DNA of 64,000 nt, taken from assembly GCF_009914755.1 (NCBI RefSeq), contig NC_060926.1. One strand, given 5' to 3'. The translations under genes and the position numbers were made by a program. Each line of letters starts with the position of its first letter. Positions within the stretch are counted from its first letter, which is position 1. This stretch comes from the human T2T-CHM13v2.0 reference genome, Homo sapiens. Shown here piece after piece: positions 45,333 through 62,277 of the stretch. Below the pieces are notes generated by a model, which made no database searches, was not told the origin of the DNA, and worked only from the letters and a program-made list of their open reading frames with translations.

Positions 45333-45635
45333 TTTTTTCTCTCTTTTTTTTTGAAACAGGATCTCACTGTGTTGCTCAAGCTGGAGTGCAGTGGCATGAT
45401 CTCAGCTCACTACAACCTCTGATTCCTGGGTTCAAGCGATTCTAACACCTCAGCCTCCCGAGTAGCGGGAATTACAGGCATGTGCCACCACAGCCAGCTA
45501 ATTTTTGTATTTTTAGTAGAGATGGGGTTTCGCCATGTTGGCCAGGTTAGTCTTGAACTCCTGGCCTCAAGCAATCCACCCATCTAGCTTCCTAAAGTTC
45601 TGGGACTACAGAGGTGTTAGCCACTGCACCCGGCC
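45333..45635 (-). mobile_element. Alu
   Basis: Antisense dimer. Confidence 0.93.
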
Positions 45636-47485
45636 TTTTCTCTTTTTTATTCCTCAGTGTCTTATTTGGATGGGGCCGTATCTAATGGGTTTACTCTAGG
45701 TTGGGTCTGCAATCCTTCAGAAATATGCTCGTAAGATTAGAACACTTGTTATAGGAGAAACCAGACTTCACCAAAAAAAAAAAAAAAAAAAAAAAAGTTA
45801 CTTCTACTTTTGCATCAGGGAAATCAAAGGAAAATGCATTAAAAGTACCTACTAATTCAGAATGTGTGATGTTTTTGAATGGGTTGGGGAGGATTTACCT
45901 TTCTTTAGCAAGTACTTCCTTCATTGATAGATCAATAACACAAACCAGATTTTCAGGGACAATGCTTTAAATGTTTTAAAAAAACAGTTTTAAAGTGCTC
46001 TCCCATACATTTTTAAAGACCATATAATTAACATGCTAATTACAAATTTGGTTTTATCTATTCATTAAAAGATAACTCCAAGGATTCTTTCAAGCTGAAA
46101 TTTAATGAATGGACTATGTTGACCTAGTTTAAGTTACCACATGCATTTGAATGTAATAAAACTACCTGTTTTAAAATTTTCTATATTTTATTTTCATTTC
46201 AAAGAGAAGAGTTACCCATTTATTTGAAGGTAAACCTCATTCCCCATAAATGCAACAGCTAAATTTTAGAGGTATTATGATATAGAATGAATGCTTTGTA
46301 AACTGTGAAATGCACACAAGCCCCATATATCATAATTTTATTTTTAAAGAAACATCTTCCTAAACTTAGTGAATTTTGCACTTTTCTTAAAATTATATGA
46401 ATTTTGTGAAAAATAGGTTTGGTTATATGTCAAGCTGTTGATATTTAAGTCTTTCTAAATTTATTAAAGCAATACACCAAAAACTTCAAACAAAATCTTT
46501 CCAATATAAACAGTTAACTCTTCAATCTGCTAGTTTAGTGTGCCTGCCATCTCCTTTTCTTTCCAGGGACTTGCCTAAGTAGTATCAGAACAGCATAGGA
46601 AGGAGGTCATAAAGAATCCCAAACAAAGCAAGGGATTCGGAGACAGAAAGAACTGGGTTCAAGCTCTCTCTCCTACTTAGCCAGCAAGTGATTTAGAGCA
46701 AGTTCTGTGCCCTTTGGGTGTTTCTTTCCCCATCTAGAAGACAGGAAAAAAGAGGTTTCTTGTAAAATTGGAAGTTTAAATGAGATAGTTTATGAGAATG
46801 TTAATTGTTGTTTTTATAATACAGGTCTTCTGACTCTCTGTTCAGTAATTCGAAAAATAAATTAAGTTGCTTCTTAAAATCCATTAAATTAAAAAGGATC
46901 TCCTCAAGCTTTGATCTTTCCAAATTTTCTAGTTTTAGTCTAAAAGTTTAAAGTAGATGATATGATATTTATCAAAATTTGCCATGAATCTGAGAATGGA
47001 ACAGTATCTGCAGTGGGTTAGTTTCTAGCTATGAATGCTTGTTAACAGGTGTGCAAGACGTAATGAATGACCAAGGCAGATTTAACCACACACCCAGTGA
47101 CAAAATGCAATAAGACACGGGAAAGGAGAAAGGCAGGGGTCCCTGGACCTTAATTCCTGTCCAATTTAAATCCTGCCACTATCTTTATTAGGACACCTTG
47201 ATGTAATATTTGCAAGGAAGAGAGGAAGGGAGGGAGGAAGAAAGAGAAGGAGAAAAATATAGAAAGTGAGAGAGAGAGAAAAAAAAGGAAGAAGAAAAAA
47301 GGAACCACAGATTCCTGAAAATAATTTGGTGACAACCTGTCTAAAGGCAAGGTCTAATGACAAAGCTTTGGTGTGTGGGAAATTTCAAGCAAATTTTTGG
47401 AGAATGGCAATGTGATGAGCTATTCATATATCACCACTAATTGTGTACAGTATGATATAAAAATAGAAGCTAAAATAGCTAAACA

Positions 47486-47969
<484 letters not shown>

Positions 47970-48467
47970 TTAAAAGGCCTAGGCTCACGAGATGTCAAAA
48001 ATGATTATTAAATACATTATGAGAATAACCAGTAATGAATTTTTTCTACATTTCTCTTTAGCCAACTACTCCTCCATTACATAACCTTAAAATCTGCAAA
48101 CATTCTAAGGGTCACTGTTAGGTGTAAATTCTAATATTAATTGCCAAAAAGAATATAAACTACTATAAATAAAATTTTGACATGTTTTCTCCTCATAGTC
48201 CTCCCTGTAATTAGTTTGTAAAATAAAAACTAGATTGGTAGATTTCCATTAGGGTTGCTTTAGTGTAAGAAAGTATTTCTGATCTTACAGATGAAAAAAA
48301 AACAATATAGTACACTTTGGTCTTAGTAATTTGCTTAATGCAGTAAATACAAATAATGTAACTATAATACAAATTAAAATTAGACAAATGCAAAAATTTT
48401 ATCTTAAAAGTAAACAAATATAACTGGCCTTCTTGGTAAAAAGGGAAGATCAAATTTGAGGATGCGG

Positions 48468-48791
<324 letters not shown>

Positions 48792-49466
48792 TAAGCCCCT
48801 AAAACAGCAGTACAGAGGTTTGTTAAAACTGCATAAAATCCACTAGGATGGGGACAGTAGGAGTGCAGGGAATAGCAACAATTTGAAAGCTAGAAAGCAG
48901 ATTGAACAGTGGTAAAGGACTTAGCAGACATCCCAAAAGTTGAATCCTAAATTGGCAGCAGAAGAAATGAATACTCCACAATAAAAACAGGAGTTAAGCA
49001 GCACCAAGGAATTCTGGAAATAAGCAGCACCAAGGAATTCTGGAAGTGGTGGTGGAAGGTAAAGGGTAGGAATAAAGAAAATTGACTGTTTGCAAAAGAG
49101 GCAGATTCTCAGATCCCCTACCCCACTCCATGCAGCCAGGTGAATGTCCCTCTCTAACCCTAGTAAAAGAACAGAGTTTTATTTCCTGGAGATGGTAAAA
49201 TGAAGGTCTTTTGATTGAGTCTTTTGAGTCACATTTAAGGGCATTAATACTTCACTGAGTAAACATAGGCAGAAAGATGATGACATACACACATAACCCC
49301 AGGCCCCACCCGTTTTTGGACCTTGGCAGATTGCTAGATAGGAGACTGCATCTCTATAAAGAAATGTCACCTGCCCAAGACCTAAATGAAGACAGATAGC
49401 TCAGTATTCGGTAAAGCTCACAGTGAATCTTCCCTCTTTATTCACATATCTAGCTTCCAACTGCTT

Positions 49467-49758
49467 ATTCTTTTTTTTTTTCTGAGACAGAGTTTCACTC
49501 TTGTTGCCCAAGTGCAATCTCAGCTCACTGCAACCTCCTCCTCCTGAGCTCAAGCTATTCTCCTGCCTCAGCCTCCCAAGTAGCTGGGACTACAGGCACC
49601 CACCACCATGCCCGGCTAATTTTTAAAAATATATTTTTAGTAGAGATGGGCTTTCACCATGTTGGCCAGGCTGGTCTCGAACTCCTGACTTAAAGTGATC
49701 CATCCGCCTCGGCCTCCCAAAGTGCTAAGATTACAGGCATGAGCCACCACGCCCAGGC
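49467..49758 (-). mobile_element. AluS-like
   Basis: Antisense dimer. Confidence 0.92.
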
Positions 49759-50573
49759 TCAACTGCTTCTTATTCTGTACTCTTCAATATGACCAACTCA
49801 CCAACAATAAGCAGGCAACTTGACATAGAAGGTACCAAAATAAACTGAAAAAAGTAACTTTAAGAAACTAGAGACAAAAAAATTACACAATAGCAACACA
49901 TATTGATATTCTCAGAAAGATAAAATATTGTGTTTAACAAGAATAGGATCCTATTTTTCTAAAACACCCATACACATACTCACACGCACGCACGGGAAAA
50001 AAAACCTAGAAAACAGAAAAGGTCTTGGAATTAAAAACATAGTATTACTATTTATGAAAAGCTAAACAAGATTGGAAAACAAAGTTGAGAAAATTTGTTA
50101 ATAGTGGATCAACCCTCCTGAGGACAACTAGAAAAGCTGGACAACTAAAAAAAAATTGCATGAAGACATCAGAAAGTTAACAAGGTAGTGAAGAGTTACA
50201 GGGCCAAAATTCAGAAGAAGGGAACCAAAGATGAGCCAGGTGTTTTGAGCAGCTTTTCCCTAAGGGGCATCTGTTGTCAGAAGAGAGAGAGGGAATCCTG
50301 ATAAGCCCTATGTTTTGGCTGAAACCATGAAGCATGACACCCTAGAAGCAGGGGTAAATGGGGACGAGAACAGTCCTTAAAGGTGTTAAAGATCAACTTC
50401 AAATCACTGCAATCCCTGTAGCTGGATTAAGGTAATTGCAATCCCTGTGGCTGGATTAAGGTAATTCAGAATTGCTAATGCCCCTAGCTAGAACTCAGAA
50501 GAAAACAAAAATCCTCTCTGGAGGAGAACATTATTTTAGTTTCAAATTATATTTTTCATAATCAATGTCCAAA

Positions 50574-51012
50574 TTTTCTTTTCTTTTCTTTTCTTTTGAG
50601 ACAGGGTCTCACTCTGTTGTCCAGGCTGGAGTGCAGTGGCATAATCTCAGCTCACTGCAGCCTCCACGTCTGGGTTCAAGCAATCCTCCCACCTCAGCCT
50701 CCTGAGTAGCTGGGACTACAGGTGCACACCACCAAGCCCAGATAACTTTCTTCATTTTTTGTTGACATGAGGTCTTGTTATGCTGCCCAGGCTGGTCTTG
50801 AACTCCTGGGCTCAAATGATCCTGAGTTGGCCCCCTAAAGTGCTGAAATTACAGGTGTGAACAACCATGCCTGGCCTAACATTTTATTTTTTTGTAGAGA
50901 CGGAGTCTCTCTATGTTGCCCAGGCTGGTCTCAAACTCCTGGGCTCAGGCAATCCTCCTGCCTCAGTCTCCTAAAATGCTGGGATTACAGGCATGAGTCC
51001 CTGCACCTGGCC
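50574..51012 (-). mobile_element. AluJ-like plus adjacent left monomer
   Basis: Antisense dimer followed by a FLAM-like arm. Confidence 0.88.
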
Positions 51013-51292
51013 TGACCTATACTTTAAAAAACAAAAACTAAACTAAAGGATATTCTTCATGCAGAAGAATATAATCCCAGATGACAGCTGAAATAAAGGG
51101 TAATACACAAGATGAATATGTAGGTAAATCTGTGAATATTGACTGATTGTATAGAATATTACTTGTATAAAATAATGTCACATGAGATTTAAACATGTGT
51201 CAAATTAAAACACACACAATGAAATGTAAATTAAGAGATACAAGGAATCCAAGTATTCCAAGGTCTTTGCATTCTCTGGGAAAGATAAAAGT

Positions 51293-51491
<199 letters not shown>

Positions 51492-51846
51492 TAATTAGTA
51501 CTTTTAAGAGTAAAGGAAAAACTGTAAATGCATAACTTCTAAGATAATGATATGTGTGAGGGGGTAGAATTCAAACAGAAAAATAATCCAAAAGAATTCT
51601 CATTATCCCTAATTCTGTTTAACAATGTACTAGCGATCTTAGCCAATGCAACAAAGCAAGAAAAAGAAATAAATATTACGAAAATTGGAGGGGAAAAGTC
51701 ATTGTGCACAGACCATATGACCTCCAATTTAACGTGGTAGGGGACACCTCCCTGGGGCCAGACCAATAAAGCAGTAACTGAAATATCAGTTGCTGCATGC
51801 CACCTAAGAAACAAGTTGCAGATTGAATGTTACTCAACAGAAGCAC

Positions 51847-52149
51847 TTTTTTTTTTTTTTTTTGAGACAGGGTTTCGCTCTGTCACCCAGGCTGGAGTAT
51901 AGTGGTGCGATCTCAGCTAACTGCAACCTCCACTTCCTGGGTTCAAGCGATTCTCCTGCCTCAGCTTCCAAGTAGCTGGGACTACAGGTGCCTGCCACCA
52001 CACCCAGCTAATTTTTACATTACATTTTTAGTAGAGACGGGTTTTCGCCATGTTGACCAAGCTGGTCGTGAACTTCTAGCCTCAAGTGATTCCCCTGTCT
52101 TAGCCTCCCAAAGTGCTGGGATTATAGGCATAAGCCACTATACGCAGCC
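51847..52149 (-). mobile_element. Alu
   Basis: Antisense dimer. Confidence 0.93.
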
Positions 52150-53008
52150 AGAAGTACCTTAATACATGTCTACATTTAAAAAAAAATGTTTTGGAATACA
52201 AATTTAGCATTCATGACTAGCTACTGATTTACTCAATAGGGCATGAGTGCACATGCCCACTCCACAACAGGTCATGAATTTCTGTGATGCTTTCAGAATA
52301 TGAAAGTCTCACTAAAATCACCAACTCACGATTTCTAATATGAATTTCTAGTGATAATACTAAAGGAATATCAGATAATCAATACACATCATAACACCCC
52401 AGCCTCACAGAAAATTTAAATCCTGGATGTGAACTAAATTCTAAATAGAAATCACTTCATATTATGCTTCTTAATATAAGACTAAAAGGGCTATTTATGT
52501 TAATACCTTTGCATCTATTTTATTATTTCATTTCCTTTTATATGGCTCATGACCACATTTAAATAAAATCCATTTTATTTTTTCCCCACACAAGTTAGTT
52601 CCCCTCACATTATCTTTACTCAGCTACTGGCAATAACATTTTAACAACCAGTTTAGAGAGAAACTTAGATTCCACCAGAAAAAAGAATCAAAGGTTTTGA
52701 TCATACTCGATACCGCAACATTTACTTACACAAGTAGCTTTCAAATTATAATTTAATGAATACGATATATGGCTCTTTAATTTGCCATGGATTTAATTTT
52801 TAAAGATAAAAAACTAGCCCTCTGCAAGTACGTGCTGAGCACTCTTGCCCTGGCTCTGGAGACTGCCATATATCCAGCTGATCTCTGACGCACTAATTGT
52901 GAAACCAAAAGCTACACACAATAAAAAGGAAGTAGCCCTGTGAAATGTCAATCCAGTGCTCAACTAGGGTTTTTTACATCAGAGTTTTATAAATTATGAA
53001 AGTGTCCA

Positions 53009-53463
<455 letters not shown>

Positions 53464-53593
53464 CTAGAAAACAGATTCCACTAGTATTGATCCTGTATTA
53501 ATATCAGTGAGGAAAAATATATTCAGTTTTATTTAAAAGGGAAGATTTGTAAAAATAACTTTCAATATTTGGAGCAGTAAAACCTAATTTTAA

Positions 53594-53922
<329 letters not shown>

Positions 53923-54640
53923 AGATCGACACTTCGTAACTGACAAACCTGGCCAAAGACTATTTTGCTGGTCCTTCCTTCTGCTTGGAGGGAAGAAAGT
54001 AGTAGTACTATTCCTTAAGAAAGAGGTTTCTGACAATGAGTTTGGATGTGTCTGACTTCAAGGTAGCACTTGCCACCTAGCCCCCTCTTCTTGGACATTT
54101 GGACATATCCATGACAAAGGATGTGGCTAAAAACTTCATTGGGACTTCCACCTCCAATTAAGGGACTTCACCATCATAATTCATCATCACACATACATGC
54201 ATCAATCTTCCTCAGAGCAAATAAAAAAAAGGAAGTCAAAAATAGCTCCTCACAAAAATGACTTGAAATTCCTGAATTTTAAGATAGGTGCTGTAATAAA
54301 ATATTTGACTCAAAACATCTTTGCACCTATTCCAGTCATCTGATAACAAAACCTGAACATAAATGTGATGGGAAAGTGCTAAAATTGTAATTTAAATTTT
54401 ATTTCCAGAGTTATCATTTTAGAGAATCACAAAATAAACTGGTGGTTTACCATTACTCTTTTTAAATGATCACACTTGTTAAATAATTATGAGAGTTCTG
54501 GTTTCATATTTTTACCAAGAATCCTTTCCCTAACCTTGAAGATACTGGACCATTTGGAGAAAGAAAATACTAAAGTCAAAACCTAGGCTAAGTCCCACTT
54601 ATAACACAGAAAGACAATAACCCTTTTGAAATCTGACCAA

Positions 54641-55095
<455 letters not shown>

Positions 55096-57162
55096 TCTGC
55101 CATGAAGATATTCAATAACTGTTGGTGGCTTGTTTTCCTAAGAAAGGGGTTTTATCTTGCTCCTCCTAAAAAATAACTACACATTATGGTGGTGTGGCTG
55201 TTTTACATATAAATGATTGCTTTATACATATGCATACATACATATATATTTGTTATTATTATGAATAATTTTTCAAAAACAATCATATCTTAGTAAGCTA
55301 GAATTATTAGGTCTAAAACACAGTGGTGGTATCAGAAAAAAGGACAGTTCTACGCAACAAGAAAAACCTAGACCTGAAATAGGCAAGAGTCTGAATTAGA
55401 AGTTCCCCTTTTCAGCAACTTAACTACGCCACACAGTCCTAAAAATTAATGGAGGAAAAATAGTTTAATAAAGATCTCTACAGTTAGAAGGTAGCAATGT
55501 GCTAATACGTTCAATTTCACAGGGAAATCATTTTAAAGAAAAAGGATGTGTTTCATCTTGTATTTTTTTTTATTCTGTTACATTACCATTTCTTATTGTA
55601 AATTTTAAAGAGGCCAAATGTGACAATTCACAAGAATAAGACCATACACATTTTTAAAAGAAACTTCAAATCTTTGAGGCTACCTCATGTTCTGAATGCA
55701 CCTGATCTCCCTCAATTACCTACACTGCTAGATGAGCCACAGCAACTTCTTTTCTTCCTTGCTTCCTCCTCCATTATACTTAGCTGGGTTCAGGCCAAGG
55801 AAAAGGCAATGCCATAAAGAGATGCATCTTTAAGCATTTAAATATGTGTCTGAATAACCTGCCAACTGCAATCCTGAATCCAATATACATTATAGTATTG
55901 TGGTGGTCTTTAGAATTAGGCTTGCTTCTAGTCCTGCTTGACTGTGGCTTCCTCCTCACAGGAATGTGATTTGTTCCTCCTTGCTGCATGCCACAGTGAC
56001 CTCGGGGACTGGGTGCTTTATCTGTTGGGCTTCTTGTGCCAGCACCCCAATAACGAGTTATTAGATCTCTTCAATATCTGCTTTGACTCTTTGATAGTTG
56101 GACTTCTGATTGTACATGCCAACCAGGGCTTGGGTTCTATATAGACCTTGACTAATCACATGTCACTCACTCTTTCTCCCTTGCAACACATCCTAGTAGT
56201 GTATCACGTAACAGAGTCCTAAACCTGCACCCATGTCTAGTCTTATGTTCTCCTTAACACAGCAGCTCTGCCTGGATTCATCACTCTGGTGATCTTCTGA
56301 CCTTTAGTGATGTTCATGAGTGTATGGCTTAATAAGGGGAGTAGTTAAGAAAAGGTAATATCCACGGAGCCAAGGTAGTCAGGTAAATAAAACATATGAA
56401 AATACACAAGATGTAGAGATGGTATGGTTTAAAAAAAAAAAAACTTAAAAAGCAACAGCAGCATGAAGCAGGGAGGCATATCCAGATTCCAATAAACGGG
56501 ACGCATGGGCAAATCACATACCCCTACGAGACTTGGAGCCTTGGTTTTCTCCTCTTTAAGTGAGCATAAGTGTGATGACTACTGAAGTGGTCTCAATCTG
56601 TGAAGCTGAAAAAAATTGCCCATAGCATATCTTCTTTCCAATCTACAGATACTACCCATTAACTGTCAGAGATTAAAAGGGGATGCCTTATACACAAAGG
56701 TTGGAAACTCCTGGACTGTCAATCAGACATTCCCAATAGGTATCAATGGGTTTACACTTGGGTGGTGGCCTGGATAAGACTCTGACAAATCACAACCATA
56801 TACACATTGATGTTTTTCAATAAGTGCCATAAAAAGCTGGGGAGTCCTGTTCTAGCTGATCACCAAGGTCTCATATAGATATATGATTCCATGATTCTAA
56901 CAACACAGAATTTCATACACCAATGTTACATTCACAGAAGCAAGTTCTTGGAGTTACCTTTGATAAGATAGAGTGGATTGCTGCATGAACACACTCATTT
57001 CCTGTGAATGGTTATAAAAATGGCAGCCTGTGTGCCTAAAACTAGCAAGGTTACTATACACTCGCCAACCCACTCATAAAAAGTCTATTGAAAGATGCTT
57101 AAGGGGTAGTCCCTAAAAGAACTAAGACTCAAAAGCATTTAACTTTTAAAAGGACTTAGTGG

Positions 57163-57505
<343 letters not shown>

Positions 57506-58243
57506 CTAATATTAGCATATGTCTGGGACATTCATTGTATAATAGTTTTGTGTGGCATTATGCTGTAGAAGTTTAAAGGAATCAAACTTGCTTTGCATGG
57601 ATAAGTGGACCATATAGGAACTGAAGGGAGTTCTAAACTAATCTAACCAAAAATAGGGCTATAAATTCTGAAAACTCCTTAGTAAGCTCAGAAAAGGCTT
57701 ATTGAATGAAGTGGACCTTGGGTTGGTCTTACATGGTGGGTGAGAGAGAACACACACAGATTTAGGAAGAGTGCCTGTCATACAAAATAAAAATCGAGAA
57801 GCCATGCACAAATGGACAAAAAGCAGAAAATACACATGCTAAATCAGAAAGCGGAGTTAATGAACAAAGATGACAGCTCATGCCTGCACACACAATATAT
57901 ATATAGCTCCTATACTTAAAGTTGAGAATTTTGACACATTCTATTTATGAGCTAAACATAATTAGAAAAAATATAGTCCTTTAGAAAAAGAACATCAATC
58001 AATAACAGAAGGGAAATTACCAATTAAAAAAGATTCTAGGACTAATGGCCTGAGAGTTTAAGAGGCCTCTGTAAACACATACAAAATTTTTAGTATGTGC
58101 ATTTTTAGGACAAAGGAATTCACTGCTTTCTTCAGATTCTGAATGAGATCAATAATCCTAAATTAGTTATGAATCCACAGATTTAAGTAAAAATCCAAAG
58201 CCATTTGAATATCCATTTTCCAGAATTTAAAAAGACAATTTCA

Positions 58244-58536
<293 letters not shown>

Positions 58537-58585
58537 GAAGACAATTTCTTAAATAAAAAAATGCTGCTACAGAAATTGTACTGCT

Positions 58586-58672
58586 GTCTGTGGCCACACC
58601 ACCCTGAATGTGCCTGATCTCACATGATCTCAAAAGCTAAGCAGGGTCAGGCCTGGTTAGCACTTGGATGGG
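58586..58672 (+). pseudogene. 5S rRNA pseudogene, 3'-truncated (about nt 1-87)
   Basis: gtctgtggccacaccaccctgaatgtgcctgatct...gctaagcagggtcaggcctggttagcacttggatggg matches 5S rRNA with CpG decay; flanked by 15-bp direct repeats. Confidence 0.93.
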
Positions 58673-59172
58673 TAGAAATGGTAGTGCTTTTATTCTTAGC
58701 TAATTTTCTAGGGTCATGTATAATTTGTAGTACTTACTGCAAAGTATGCAGATATAAAGTATAATAAATGATAGGAAAAAAGTTTTGATTTGACAAAACT
58801 CCAACCATATCAAGTTGCAAATTGATAAGCAGGTGTTTCATCCAAAGTAACACTTAAAAGACAATATATACATTTAAAGTCAATGGACTAAGCAAACTGT
58901 TTCCCATACACTACCCATGAAAAGAGACCAATAAGCCAAACTGATAGTACAATATTGCCCTCTACTGGACTCAACTAGTAAAGATGAACCTAAAAACTAA
59001 AACTGAAAAGCATTTAGCTTTTAAAAGGACTTAATGGAATACTCTTTTCCCATAAATACAAATTTAGCCTAATATTAGCATATGTCTGGGACATTCATTC
59101 TATAGTTTTTGTGTGGCATTATGATGTAGAAGTTTAGAGGAATCAATCATGAATATAAAATAACCACTATAG

Positions 59173-59464
59173 GGCCGGGTGCAGTAGCCTGTAATACTAG
59201 CACTTTGGGAGGCCACACCAGGAGGATCACTTGAACCCAGGAGTTCGAGACCAGCCTTGGCAACATAGGGAAACCTCATTGCTACAAAAAAATAAAAAAT
59301 AAGTTATCTGGGCATAGTGGCATGCACCTGTGGTCCCAGTTACTCAGGAAGGTGAGGCGGGAGGATTACTTGAGCCTAAGAGGTCAAGTGCTGCAGTGAG
59401 CTGTGATCACATCACTGCACTCTGGCCTGGGTGACAGAGAGAGACCCCATCTCAAATAAATAAA
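59173..59464 (+). mobile_element. AluJ-like
   Basis: Full dimer; TSD-like cactata. Confidence 0.92.
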
Positions 59465-59582
59465 CACTATAATAAGTATTTTTCTTAAAATTATATAGAA
59501 TCTTAGAGTTGAAAAGGCTTAAGATCTCTAGTCTAACCAACTATATAGTGCACACTTTCTTTCTATGTATCTTGGCCAAGTA

Positions 59583-59919
59583 CATTGGCACTCTGTATCT
59601 GTGGATCTTGCATCTATGGATTCAATCAACCCTGGATAGAAAACATTTAGGGGGGAAAAAGGATCTGTACTGAGCAGGTACAGGCTTTTTCCTGTGATTA
59701 TTCCCCAAATAATGTAGCATAACAACTATTTACATAGCACCCACATTGTAGTATATAAGTAATCTTGAGATGATTTAAAGTATACAAGAGGATGTGTGTA
59801 AGTTATATGCAAATAGTATACCATTTTATATGAGAAACTTAAGCATCTGTGGATTTTGGTATCTGTGAGGGGCTCGGGGGTCCTAGAACCAACCCCCCAC
59901 AGATATCAAGGGACAACTG
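59583..59919. mobile_element. MER2-like Tigger DNA element
   Basis: TA-flanked; ends ...cagatatcaagggacaactg; internal aactatttacatagca. Confidence 0.8.
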
Positions 59920-60201
59920 TATTTTCCAGCCTTGGCTTAAACACCCTAATGACGTGAAATCTCTGGAAACAATCTATCCTGTTCTGGATAATTCTAAATT
60001 CTTAATAGCTCTTGATTCTATCCTTGCAGCAATCTAATTCCTCTTTTATAAGGAAGCCCCTCAAATATTTAAGGAAAGCAAACTCATCCCACTGAATCAT
60101 CTATTCTCAAAATTAAATAACCCAAGCTCCTTCAGCAGTGGCTCCTGTGACCAGGTTTCAGATGGCTCCACCATTCTGAATGCACTTAATCCTCTAAATG
60201 T

Positions 60202-60500
60202 GTATTCATTTTCTATTGCTTCTATAACAAATTATCACAAATTTAGTGGTTTAAAACAACACCAATTTATTATCTTTAGGTCCCAGGTCTGACACAGGTC
60301 TCACTGGCTTAAAATCAAGGTGCCAGCAGGGCTGTGTTCCCTTCTGGAGGCTGTAAGTAGTAAATCTGTTTCCTTGCCTTTTCTAGCTTCAGAAGAACAT
60401 CTGCATTCCTTGGCTCATGGCTCCCTTCCTCCATCTTCAGAATAAACATTACATCTCTCTTACCATTATGTTATAATCACATCTCCCTCTTACCCTGACC
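60202..60500 (-). mobile_element. MLT1-type MaLR LTR fragment
   Basis: tgtattcattttctattgct...taacaaattatcacaaatttagtggtttaaaacaacac...aaaatcaaggtgccagcagggctg. Confidence 0.8.
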
Positions 60501-60583
60501 TTTGTGGCCAACTTTCTTCCCCTTTGGAAAATTGCAACTGCCTTTATCTGTCTCCAGTCATTTGTAAAATCTGCTATTTTTAA

Positions 60584-60710
60584 CCCATTTTCCTAGTGTT
60601 CCATTATTAGAACGCTAAGCTTGTGGGAGATATTTATATCCTACTGCTCTAGGTCATCGCCAAGGTCTGATTTTTCACCAAAAAAATTTGCAATCTCCAG
60701 CATAAATGGG
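60584..60710 (+). mobile_element. MER85 piggyBac MITE
   Basis: TTAA on both sides (60580-60583, 60711-60714); cccattt...aaatggg ends; internal aacgctaagc...ggtcatcgccaaggtctga. Confidence 0.9.
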
Positions 60711-61108
60711 TTAAAAGCCCTCAAAAATCAAGAATAGCTGCAAGTTCTTTCTGAAGCTATACTGAAATGTAATGCACCCAGGTCTAAACACCTGAACCCA
60801 TCTTGAAAAGCTTCACCATGTGGAGCATTCGTTCTCCCTTACCAATGACCAGTCTACCTCTTTTCGGCAGGAAGATCATTTTCCTCGACATAAAGGACAG
60901 AAGCAAAACAGGATTTTTCAGAGCCCTGCTTTCTCTATATCATGCATCAGCAGTATACTATCAGTTCCAAATAGCAGATCTATCCATGCTTTTCATCTAT
61001 TTCTTGCTCTAAACATAACTTTAAGTACACAAATCTTCCTTAGCAATTCTTGAAAGCTTCTATTCATTAGTAGCTTTAGTTTTCTGGTTGCTGTTCTTAT
61101 AGACATAA

Positions 61109-61407
<299 letters not shown>

Positions 61408-61914
61408 CAAGCCATCCTCTTTCATTTGCATTAATTTGACTTCACCTTTCCTGTATTTCTTCTGAAACTGATCCCAGGTTGGCAAAAAATTTAACTGCTG
61501 AAGTCGGATGACAGGTACACAGGAGTTCATAGGCCAAACTAAAAAGTCAAATAAATATATCTAAATACAAGCCTTTGTGTAAAAACAGAGGCAGAGATAG
61601 AAAGAGATCCCTACTTCTTCATTCAGATGTATTTTCCCCCACCCTTTTTTTTATTCATTGAGATAGTTTGGTTTGAATTAAAATGTGAATTGCACTTTCT
61701 CTGATGCTCTCAATCCTTTTAATTTATCTTCCAGCACAGAATCCTATGCCATTTTTCTTTGCCTTTTCTTTGTAGTGTTTGAAATCCACTTATCAAAAGT
61801 TTAGGATATATTCTACTTATGCCTCTTCCTCCCATCCTTCAGGAATACACATTTAAAAGGCTATCAGTTTTTCATTTAGGACTAGATTAGTTCCCCCACC
61901 ATCCTTTAGGAAAA

Positions 61915-62073
61915 TGGTTCTCAAAGTTTTGTCATTGTAACAGCACAAGCATTACCTATGAGCTTGTTAGAAATGCAAATTCATGAGTCTCACCTGACCT
62001 ACTGTATTAGCATCTCTGGGAATGGGACCTGGGAAACTCTCCAAGTGAGTCTCATGCATGTTAGAGAACCACT
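61915..62073. mobile_element. MER5A-like hAT element
   Basis: tggttctcaaag...gagcttgttagaaatgcaaatt...gagaaccact. Confidence 0.7.
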
Positions 62074-62277
62074 ACTTTAGGAAAAGAAACAGTTCCAATC
62101 TAAAAGTTGTCAGATAACACACTTTTAGTTAAACATGATTTCCATCATGTGCCGAAACACTGGGAGTCCCTCACACTACTGTATTCATTAGCCTTTGTGA
62201 TTATTTTGTATCTGTAAATAAACAACCCTTCCCTTGGCCAGATATTATACAGTATACTTCTACTACTCTATCTATCC

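Noticed and set aside
45773-45796. Isolated A24 tract as a truncated retro-insertion
   Set aside because: No target-site duplication visible
55680-56213. Non-Alu, more balanced-composition segment with short ORFs, considered as a processed pseudogene
   Set aside because: No recognisable protein, poly(A) or TSD; more likely an old LTR that I cannot assign without a Dfam search
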